NCBI GenBank assembly: GCA_020630795.1
Contig: JAHDIK010000001.1
Location: 22,341-62,340 of the forward strand
DNA length: 40,000 nucleotides
Source: Colwellia sp.
GTDB taxonomy: Bacteria > Pseudomonadota > Gammaproteobacteria > Enterobacterales > Alteromonadaceae
Direction of reading: 5' to 3'
Part shown: one piece after another, positions 12,191-19,858 of the stretch
How the letters are laid out: each line of letters starts with the position of its first letter
Position numbering within the stretch: the first letter of the stretch is position 1
Notes under the pieces: model-generated
What the model was told of the DNA's origin: nothing
Database searches by the model: none
What the model saw: only the letters and a program-made list of their open reading frames with translations
Made by a program: the position numbers and the translations under genes

Positions 12191-12332
12191 TGTTTCAACT
12201 TGTTTCACCATAACTCAACGAGTTTCATAATTTTGGGGGTATAATGTGGGGTGTTTAGTGCTTGCATGATCTCACTTTAAGGTGTTTAATTGGGGTGGTA
12301 CCCCTTAATAAACCCCTGGTGAGTTTTCCGTT

Positions 12333-13538
12333 ATGTCGCTGACAGCCCAAGAAGTTAAAAGTATTTGTTGTCCTGAAGATAAAAAGCAAATTAAAAAGTT
12401 TGATGGTAAGGGCTTATTTTTATTGATTAAAAGTAATAATTCTAAGCTGTGGAGGATGCGCTATCGGTTTTCAGGTAAGCATAAAGAAATAGCTTTAGGT
12501 CAGTACCCTGAGATACCCCTTGTTGAAGCAAGGAGGTTAGCAGAGGAGGCAAGGGTGTTACTGATGAAGGGCATTAACCCTTCAGACGAAAGAAGAGAAC
12601 GCAAACGCAGCTATTCAGTAACAGACAGACAATTTAATGTAATCGCTTTGAAATGGTGGGAGCAACAAAAAGATGCTTGGTCTGCGGATCACCAAGCACG
12701 AGTGAAGCGTTTTATCACCATTGATTGTAAATCGTTAACTTCATTGCTGATAGAAAAGATAGATGCTGGACACATTACCGAAGTCATGTTGTCTATAGAG
12801 GCTTCAGGTAGCCCTAAAAAAGCCCCTGTTATACTTTCCGTTATTAATCGCATCTTTGGCTACGCACTTGCTCATAGGCTGACGAGAAATAACCCCGCAC
12901 AAGGCTTACCACTAAAAGATATCATTAAGCCACTTAAAAAAGTTCGATCTCACTCAGCAATTATTAACCCTATAGAGTTGGGTAACTTAATTCATGACAT
13001 AGATATGACAATTTCAGGCACTTTCTGTACAGCTGAGGCACTAAAGCTTATTCCAAGGGTATTTCTTAGGCCAAAAGAAATTAGAGGGCTTAAATGGGAA
13101 TATGTTGATTTTGAGGAAAAGCTGATACGGATTCCCGCACAAGAAATGAAAAAAGACCGAGACCACCTTGTTCCGCTTTCTAAACAAGTCATTAAGCAGC
13201 TTGAATATATTTATGTTGAAACAAGATATTCACCTTATGTTTTTCCAAATAGCCGTGACAGCAGTATACCTATGAGTAAAAATGTAATGACAAATCGATT
13301 ACGAGACTTGGGATATTCGGCCGATGTTATGTCAGCTCATGGCTTTAGAAGTACGGCTTCAACAATTTTGCATGAACAAGGGTGGTCGCATGATGCGATA
13401 GAAGTGCAATTAGCTCACCTAACAGGGTCAAATACATCACGAGCATACAACCGAGCTATATATTTACCAGAGCGTAAAAAAATGATGCAAACGTGGAGTG
13501 ATTACTTAGAGGAGCTTAGTTCACAAAATAAAAAGTAA
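12333..13538 (+). CDS. tyrosine-type site-specific integrase (P4-like, N-terminal Arm/DUF4102-type domain)
   Basis: 401-aa ORF. The N-terminus (GKGLFLLIKSNNSKLWRMRYRFSGKHKEIALGQYPEIPLVEARRLAEEAR) is typical of the P4 integrase family. The catalytic region contains HGFRSTAST and LAHLTGSNTSRAYNRAIY. Confidence 0.9.
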   Translation: MSLTAQEVKSICCPEDKKQIKKFDGKGLFLLIKSNNSKLWRMRYRFSGKHKEIALGQYPEIPLVEARRLAEEARVLLMKGINPSDERRERKRSYSVTDRQFNVIALKWWEQQKDAWSADHQARVKRFITIDCKSLTSLLIEKIDAGHITEVMLSIEASGSPKKAPVILSVINRIFGYALAHRLTRNNPAQGLPLKDIIKPLKKVRSHSAIINPIELGNLIHDIDMTISGTFCTAEALKLIPRVFLRPKEIRGLKWEYVDFEEKLIRIPAQEMKKDRDHLVPLSKQVIKQLEYIYVETRYSPYVFPNSRDSSIPMSKNVMTNRLRDLGYSADVMSAHGFRSTASTILHEQGWSHDAIEVQLAHLTGSNTSRAYNRAIYLPERKKMMQTWSDYLEELSSQNKK

Positions 13539-13581
13539 TCAGCTCTCTTTAATGTACGGAAGCCATAATGTATAGGTGCAA

Positions 13582-14028
13582 TCACTTACTACGTATCCAT
13601 TCTTGTATATCTGATAATCGCCAACCCACATTACTGGTGCTTAGTGCGATACGAGCAGGAAACTTACCTGCACGCTCTAAACGCCAAAGGGTAGTTCTTG
13701 ATAAACCAGTAAGTGCTTGAACTTCTTTCGAACGAACAATTTTATCTTGAGCTGAATCAAAACCTTGCGGCTTGTGAGAAACATTAACAGCAGGAGCAAC
13801 TGCTTGAACTTTACCCAGTAAATAATTAAGTAATTGAAAACCAAAAAACTCGATTTGTTTTTCAGTAACTTGAATAAACTCTATTTGATGACTCGCTTGT
13901 AATTTGGTAATTTCAGCTAACGGACACCGCAAAAATAGTGATGCTTCAGTAGGTGTAAATCGTTGATATAACGATATCCCCATACTATCGGCTAGTTCAC
14001 ATAAATTGGGTGTAAACGGCTTATCCAT
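13582..14028 (-). CDS. AlpA-family excisionase/transcriptional regulator with an extra N-terminal HTH-like domain
   Basis: The C-terminus (IVRSKEVQALTGLSRTTLWRLERAGKFPARIALSTSNVGWRLSDIQEWI) matches the Phage_AlpA/HTH_17 pattern. The gene is convergent with the integrase and stops at TGA. Confidence 0.7.
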   Translation of the reverse strand: MDKPFTPNLCELADSMGISLYQRFTPTEASLFLRCPLAEITKLQASHQIEFIQVTEKQIEFFGFQLLNYLLGKVQAVAPAVNVSHKPQGFDSAQDKIVRSKEVQALTGLSRTTLWRLERAGKFPARIALSTSNVGWRLSDIQEWIRSK

Positions 14029-14139
14029 CTAGTCGTTATGTTCCTGTCGTTGCACATTAATGTTAGTGTAGAGAATGTTATTGATTTCCTTTCAATTAGC
14101 ATACAAAATAAATCATAGGATCACTAGAGAATAGTTTAC

Positions 14140-14565
14140 ATGGCATTTGCAGTTCATCTATCAAAATCAAACGAAAACTCGCTTGAAGCGCGGGTAAATA
14201 ACTTTCGTTCTGCATATGCTGCCTATCGTGATATTCAAACCAGCCAGTCACTCCACCAGCAAGCTCAAATGCAAGATACATTAGGTACAAAAGAAGAGTT
14301 AACAGAGGCTAACTCTATTATCAAGAGTAGCCTCGATATGGCTGCCAAAGACTTTAGTAAAAGTGAACTTCAAAAAGCTCAAAAGTTAGGGTTGATTTCT
14401 GATTTAGAAGTCAAAAGTATTGATGCGCTTACAATGGGTAATGACTTTACTGTTTCCCCTGCTGAACATGAGATCCAAGAGAATAAAAACCGTATAGCTG
14501 AAGCTAGAGCCTCAATGAATACTAAAAATAACGAGAAGAGCAAAGACAAAGGTAGAGATTTTTAA
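14140..14565 (+). CDS. hypothetical protein (141 aa, helical/charged)
   Basis: ORF only. Its C-terminal tail resembles the C-terminus of the island relaxase (see findings). Confidence 0.35.
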   Translation: MAFAVHLSKSNENSLEARVNNFRSAYAAYRDIQTSQSLHQQAQMQDTLGTKEELTEANSIIKSSLDMAAKDFSKSELQKAQKLGLISDLEVKSIDALTMGNDFTVSPAEHEIQENKNRIAEARASMNTKNNEKSKDKGRDF

Positions 14566-14626
14566 CAACAACCTAGTTGTTTATTTCTTTTAACTTCGTT
14601 TATTCCGTTTAAATAACGCAGTAAAC

Positions 14627-14755
14627 TGATAGTTAAGCCAATATTGTACATTAACTATCACGCTTTTCAGGACAACTATCACATTAATCAGGGTTAAAAT
14701 CTCATTTTTCAGGTATTAAGACACACTTTTCAGTATATAGGTTTTATTATCACAA
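14627..14755 (+). repeat. iteron array (putative oriV / rep operator)
   Basis: Four to five direct repeats in exact 21-bp phase: 14651 ttaactatcacgcttttcagg, 14672 acaactatcacattaatcagg, 14693 gttaaaatctcatttttcagg, 14714 tattaagacacacttttcagt, 14735 atataggttttattatcacaa. An inverted half-site tgatagttaa at 14627-14636 is the exact reverse complement of 14651-14660. The array lies immediately upstream of the Rep_3-type gene. Confidence 0.6.
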
Positions 14756-14816
14756 AATTTGCATTTATGTGATTTTTCAATAGATTATAAATAGTCTATT
14801 ACTTAACCACCTAAAA

Positions 14817-16079
14817 ATGTCCCACCAAGAAATAACTGCAATTGATTGAAATAAATCATTAGTCAGATGAAACGACTTTACTTCAGCCAGTTACACGCTT
14901 TCGCCAGATGCCCATAGAATATTAGCTGTAGCAATATCAGCCATAGCTAAAGATGATCAAAACTTTGTTACCTTTCGCATATATACCAAGCAACTTATCG
15001 ATTTTTATCCGGCACTCAAAAACGATAAAAATGCTATTGCTAGGATAGACCAAGCGACCGATTCACTCATGAGCGCTCATATCAAAATAAAACAAGTCAA
15101 TGGCTGGCTCAAAAGGCACTTAATCCATTCTTGTCAGTTTATTAAAAACAACGGCCATGCCTATGTTGATATCAAGCTCAATAACGATATGCTGCCATAT
15201 CTCATTGGCGTTAAAGGCTACTTTTCAGCACCAAAACTAGAAAATATCAAACACTTTAAAAAAGACCAGCACTTTAAACTTCATGCTTACTTATTCTCGT
15301 ATCTTTATCGTGGTACTACTGGCAATGTCAGCATTGAACAAATTCGTGAAATACTCGATATCGACAAAAAGCAATACAAATTGGTGTGACACTTAAAAAG
15401 CCGTTTATTACTGCCAAGTATCGAATTTATTAATGTCGTAACCGATATCAAAGTGACAATTAAAGACGTAAAACACGGTAGGCGTATAGCAGGGTTTAAA
15501 TTTACCATTAGCAAGCAATACAAGGACAGAGCTAAAACAACGCCAAAACAAATAATCGAGAAAGCACAGCCAACAACTACCCACATGGCGCTAGCAGAGC
15601 AATATAAAGCTATTGGTGTAAAAGCGGACGAATTCGAAAAACTAAGTAAGAAACATGAACAAACTTACCTTAAGCAATTGCTTATTTATGCTCAATACCG
15701 CACAACTAAACAAACCATACAATCAATGTTCAAGTACTTGTGCGGTGTTTTAAACAATAAACCGCAGCTAGAAGATTTATACACGCCAAATTGCCTATTA
15801 AAACAGAAACAAGCAAAACAAAAATTAGTTGAAATTCATCAACAACAAACAAGTAATCTACAAACACAAGATAAAGTAGATGAGTTTAAAGCGCTGTCGA
15901 AAAAAGTAGAACAGTACTTATTAAGCTGTTCTGAAAGTCATCTCCAAACAATAAACCAAGAATTTAGCGAACAAAGTTTTGCTACCGGGCTAACCAAGCT
16001 TTGAAAAACAGTAGACTTAAACAAAACTTATATTAAAGCCATGTATTACCTCTTTATCGCTAAACATTATCATCTATAA
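14817..16079 (+). CDS. Rep_3-type plasmid replication initiator, single frame containing in-frame TGA codons (disrupted/pseudogene under standard code 11)
   Basis: One frame runs from ATG 14817 to TAA 16077, joining track ORFs 15069-15389 and 15453-16004. The N-terminus (LVRxNDFTSASYTLSPDAHRILAVAISAI) and C-terminus (LLLPSIEFINVVTDIKVTIKDVKHGRRIAGFKFTI) fit the Rep_3 pattern. In-frame TGA codons occur at 14847, 14868, 15387 and 16002, with no TAA/TAG and no frameshift. Confidence 0.65.
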
Positions 16080-16248
16080 AGAAACAGTTTTTTTACAGTC
16101 ATGTTGTACAAATTATTTATACAGTGAGTTATGCCTTAAGTTTTCAAGTTGTAAATATTGTAACTGCTCACTAACTTACCAACCTTTACAACTAGCCAAA
16201 AACAGGCATAACTAAAAATCTTTTTGCCAAATAAACATCGTCAATATA

Positions 16249-16288
16249 ATAAGTTAGCAATAAATGATTATTTGCTAACTTATTTTTA
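16249..16288 (+). terminator. hairpin plus T-run downstream of rep (terminator or operator)
   Basis: 12-bp perfect stem ataagttagcaa (16249-16260) pairs with ttgctaacttat (16272-16283), followed by ttttt. Confidence 0.45.
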
Positions 16289-16498
16289 ATGAGCAAAAAA
16301 AAGAAGTTTTTAACCGCGATTCAAGTAGATGTTTTTAACAGCTGACTGGCAACCAACCCGCCTAAAGGCAAAAAATACCAATGATGATTAGACAAGGTGA
16401 AAGTGTATTACGACTTAGTACCATTGACTGAGCATGAACTGGCGTCGATTGTGAAGTATATTCGCATATTGAGTAGAAATAACGATAAGGATATTTAG
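16289..16498 (+). CDS. possible small protein (69 codons) with three in-frame TGA codons, including a TGA-TGA tandem
   Basis: Own translation from ATG 16289 to TAG 16496 gives MSKKKKFLTAIQVDVFNSxLATNPPKGKKYQxxLDKVKVYYDLVPLTEHELASIVKYIRILSRNNDKDI. TGA codons are at 16343, 16382 and 16385. No family was recognised. A GTG-initiated 33-codon version without TGA is an alternative. Confidence 0.3.
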
Positions 16499-16689
16499 GC
16501 TGGTTGATGGCTTGTGATACTCTCTGTGTGGCAACGATATTATGTATAAATAAGGTTTAAAGATTGAATACTTCTACCAAGCATTAATCGCATATTAAAC
16601 AGTAAGCCATGCAACCATTAAATACCTGCCATAAGCACCACCAATTGCCACCGTATATGCACTGCTATAATACTCATTAAAATTTAAAA

Positions 16690-18135
16690 ATGTTACAAGC
16701 AGCTCAATGGCTGAAAAGATCCCGGCATAAGTTCAAATTGCACCAATTTTTACGACAATTGAATAAACACCTAACCACAAACGGCCTAAAAAAACACGGT
16801 TATTTAGTCGCATCATCATGAAGTGGTAAAAGTGAGTTGATCAAGCTATTAGTTTATCGAGAACTAATCAAACCTGAACCAAAAGAGGCAGTAATATTGC
16901 TAGACCCTCATGGTGATATGGCACAAGAAATTGCGCAGTTTAACGAGTTTAGCCACACAAAATACGCTAACCGATTAGTGTTTATTGATCCAAGTTTGAA
17001 GCAAGGCTATTCACCCAGTATTAACCCGTTTCAGCTTGAATTTAAAACAGAAAGTAACATTGCCTTAATGACACAAGAGCTACTAAGTATTATCAATGTA
17101 CTCCTGCAATGATTAGGGCAATCAAATAGCTGAACACCAAACCAATGAGCCAGTACCACAAATCAAATGGACGCGATTTTAAGCCCATGTATTGCCACGC
17201 TGTTACGTTGTGGAAATAGCTCATTTTCTGACTTACAGCGCTTTATGGACGACAACAATAATGCTGATTTACTGGCTTTAGGGCAGCAATCACCTAATCC
17301 ACAACATAGGTTATTGTTCAGGCATAAATTTAACAGCCCGTTATTTAGTGCTACTAAACACGGCATTTATACCCGTTTACAAGTGATATTAAATGATCCC
17401 ACGTTTCAAAACCTGATATCCAATACCACTACCATTAACTTGAAACAGCTCATTGAAGAAAAGAAAATTATTCTTTTCAAATTATCACTCGGTAATGCCT
17501 GAAGTGATAGCGTACAAGCTTACGGGCGTTTTATTGTTGGCCTACTGCGAATTATTGCCCTGCAAAGAACCAACATAGCAGTACACAAACGCGTACCAAT
17601 ACTGCTGTTTATTGATGAGTTCCAAAACTTCATTTCTAGCGATATAGAAAAGGCACTCACACAGCTAAGAAAGTACGGTTTACACTTAATGCTAGCGAAT
17701 CAATATGTATGACAACAAATATCATCAGCACTGCAAAAAACGCTATTTGCATCAGGCGTTACAATTGCCGGAAAAAATGAAAAAAAGAGTTTAGGGTTAC
17801 TAGCTAATGAAATGGAACTTACAGTTGATGAACTTAAACAGCTAAATACTGGGGAGTTTTACCTGCAAGCAGCAAACTACCCACCGATTAAAATTAAAAC
17901 GCCTAAGTACCTGCTATGAAGCAAAAACGCTATGCCATCAAAGCATCGGTATAACTTGATAAAACAAAACTTACAACGTTATTACAGCAAACTTAAACCA
18001 CACGATGCTCATAGTGATTTAACCCACGAGATTAACAATCAAAAACATAATCAATATTATGTGAGCCAGCAACAAATAAGCCCCAATACCCAACTCGAAA
18101 ACTTACACAGTAAATACCAACTTGAATGAGACTAA
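16690..18135 (+). CDS. TraD/FtsK/HerA-like P-loop DNA-translocase-type ATPase, single frame containing eight in-frame TGA codons (disrupted under code 11)
   Basis: One frame runs from ATG 16690 to TAA 18133, joining track ORFs 16837-17112, 17167-17502 and 17932-18129. Walker A is VASSxSGKS (x = TGA at 16819). LLDPHGD and Walker B (ILLFIDEFQNF) are present, as is a MLANQYVxQ motif. TGA codons are at 16819, 17110, 17131, 17146, 17500, 17710, 17917 and 18127. Confidence 0.7.
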
Positions 18136-18959
18136 CCGAAAAACAGATCATCATTTTAGAAGCCTTGGCTCGTTTTAAATACTTAACCAGTCAACAACTA
18201 CAAATAATATTCACCAGTAAAAGTACCAGCGCTATAAATACCGCGATTAGAAGTTTAAAAGGCTTTAAATATCCATTAGTAAAAAGCTTAAGCTTTGGCA
18301 TAACCCCATGACACGGTAAATTGCCACACGTTCATTTTTTAACGTCTGCGGGTATTAAAGTTTTGGTAGAGCAGTTATCAATACCACTACAAAAAATATA
18401 CGCACCTACGCACAGAAACAGCTTTTTCCAGCGTGATTACTTTCATCGTATATCAACCGTTACCTTTAATATTTTGTTCCAGCGCTGGCTAATAAACCAA
18501 GGCCATCAACTGTATTTTTTCAAAAGTTATTTCAACCGACCAAAACATGAAAACGGCCACAAAGCTGAAACGACAATAACAAGCTGAGAATACAAATCAG
18601 AACCTGATGGCATAGGTTTATATTTCGCTAATACCCAGCCGCATTTGTTTTTATTTGAACAACATAATGGCGTAGATGCAAAGCGCGCTATAGGGCAAAT
18701 AACTCACCATTGTTACGGCTTAGCCAATGGCGCAGCGTCTGAACAATTTAAACTGAATAAGCCTTTAAAAATTTATTATGTTTTTGAGCACGAAAGCTGT
18801 TTGAAGGCAGCACTTAACTATTTTGAAAACGATAAATGACTAATGAAGTTTAGAGGCCATTTTTACTTCAAAACCAATCAAGCACTAATAAATAATTTTG
18901 CTGAACACTGGCAAATACCATGATCAGTAAATGCTAAACAATTTTGTTCACTGCAATAA
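18126..18959 (+). CDS. Replic_Relax (replication-relaxation) family protein, single frame containing four in-frame TGA codons (disrupted under code 11)
   Basis: One frame runs from ATG 18126 to TAA 18957, joining track ORFs 18126-18311, 18321-18587 and 18645-18839. The N-terminal wHTH-like region (LTEKQIIILEALARFKYLTSQQLQIIF ... GKLPHVHFLTSAGIKVL) fits the family pattern. TGA codons are at 18309, 18585, 18837 and 18921. Confidence 0.6.
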
Positions 18960-19034
18960 GTAAATTTCGTTGTTCTTAGTCTCAAAAAGCTAAGGGCAAC
19001 GGCATGTTTACTTATTGCAAAAAAGGAGCAATTT

Positions 19035-19355
19035 ATGTCGCACTTAGCCACACCTGAATTAAAAAAAATATTCGAAAACTACCCGTTTTACTCGCAAGAA
19101 AACAACAGTGACCCGTTAGTTATTGCCAAATTGTTTGATGCATACGGCAGCGCTACGTGGTATATCACCGAATATAGCCCGGTAGAAAACACCGCTTTTG
19201 CTTATGTTACTGGCCTAGCTCATGATGAATGGGGCTACGTGTCGTTAACAGAGCTTGAAAGCATCATGCTTGCGGCACAAGTGCCACGAATTGAACGTGA
19301 TATGTATTTTGAATCAGTTAAATTTAGTGAGCTGAAATTGAAAAAGGCATGTTGA
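19035..19355 (+). CDS. DUF2958 domain protein
   Basis: 106-aa ORF with a strong SD (aaggag). PLVIAKLFDAYGSATWYITEY...AFAYVTGLAHDEWGYVSLTELE is typical of plasmid/ICE DUF2958 proteins. It stops at TGA 19353, immediately followed by a terminator. Confidence 0.75.
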   Translation: MSHLATPELKKIFENYPFYSQENNSDPLVIAKLFDAYGSATWYITEYSPVENTAFAYVTGLAHDEWGYVSLTELESIMLAAQVPRIERDMYFESVKFSELKLKKAC

Positions 19356-19357
19356 TT

Positions 19358-19390
19358 AAAAAGACCAAGGAAACTTGGTCTTTATTTTGG
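19358..19390. terminator. bidirectional rho-independent terminator
   Basis: Stem aagaccaag (19361-19369) pairs with cttggtctt (19374-19382), with T-runs on both strands. It sits between convergent genes. Confidence 0.65.
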
Positions 19391-19858
19391 TGAGTCTTCT
19401 GTTTTAGCATTTGCAATTTTATTAACTAAAACAAGAGTAATAATAAAAAGTTGAATTACATTATTGATGAGCGACATCATCATTAATCTGAACGCGATAC
19501 TTTGTGCTTGAGTGGTAAAGGTGACAATGCTGGTTGCAAAAGTTATGAATAGGCACGCTATTGTGATTTTAAATAATGTAAAAAAAACTTCAGAATTTCC
19601 ATCCTCTAGCCATCGCTTAAAAAATTTATATTTTTGCAGTGAAAATAAAAACGTAGCCATAGCGGCAAGAAAGCCAAGCATAGTAAAGCTAAACCCTGCA
19701 ATTATCGTAGAAAGTGTCCGGACATCAGTAAACCCCAAACTTAATTGAAATTTGGATTTAATAAACAAATAAATGAGGCCAAGTACTACGCCTATCAGTG
19801 GTGATAGATAAGCGACTTTTTTTAATTTAGCTATCTGAGTTTTCGTCATTTTTTTCAA
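19382..19858 (-). CDS. small four-TM membrane protein (158 aa)
   Basis: ORF with four hydrophobic helices. It overlaps the upstream 325-aa gene by 23-32 nt (TTG at 19858 or ATG at 19849). No family was recognised. Confidence 0.6.
   Translation of the reverse strand: MKKMTKTQIAKLKKVAYLSPLIGVVLGLIYLFIKSKFQLSLGFTDVRTLSTIIAGFSFTMLGFLAAMATFLFSLQKYKFFKRWLEDGNSEVFFTLFKITIACLFITFATSIVTFTTQAQSIAFRLMMMSLINNVIQLFIITLVLVNKIANAKTEDSPK

Noticed and set aside
14651-14755. A CRISPR array as the explanation for the 21-bp repeats
   Set aside because: The repeats are contiguous with no spacers, degenerate and short. No cas genes are present. The position upstream of a Rep_3 gene indicates iterons.
14096-17366. 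Minus-strand track ORFs 14096-14290, 15305-15586 and 17163-17366
   Set aside because: They are antisense to the better-supported plus-strand frames (hypothetical 14140, rep, ATPase). They are hydrophobic or Cys-rich artefact-like translations.
14817-18959. Selenocysteine as the explanation for the in-frame TGAs
   Set aside because: There are too many sites, up to eight per gene. They fall in non-redox proteins and at a Walker A Gly position. I saw no recurring SECIS-like hairpin immediately 3' of the TGAs.
14817-18959. Simple G-to-A (deaminase-type) hypermutation turning TGG into TGA
   Set aside because: It cannot explain the P-loop site, where Gly (GGA to TGA, a G-to-T change) is expected. 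It should also produce TAG from TGG. Six in-frame TGG codons survive. It is not fully excluded for individual sites.
19353-19748. Read-through of the DUF2958 TGA stop into the long same-frame open stretch (track ORF 19512-19748)
   Set aside because: A strong bidirectional terminator hairpin starts 6 nt after the TGA. The downstream frame is antisense to the four-TM gene and crosses two more TGAs. DUF2958 is complete at 106 aa.
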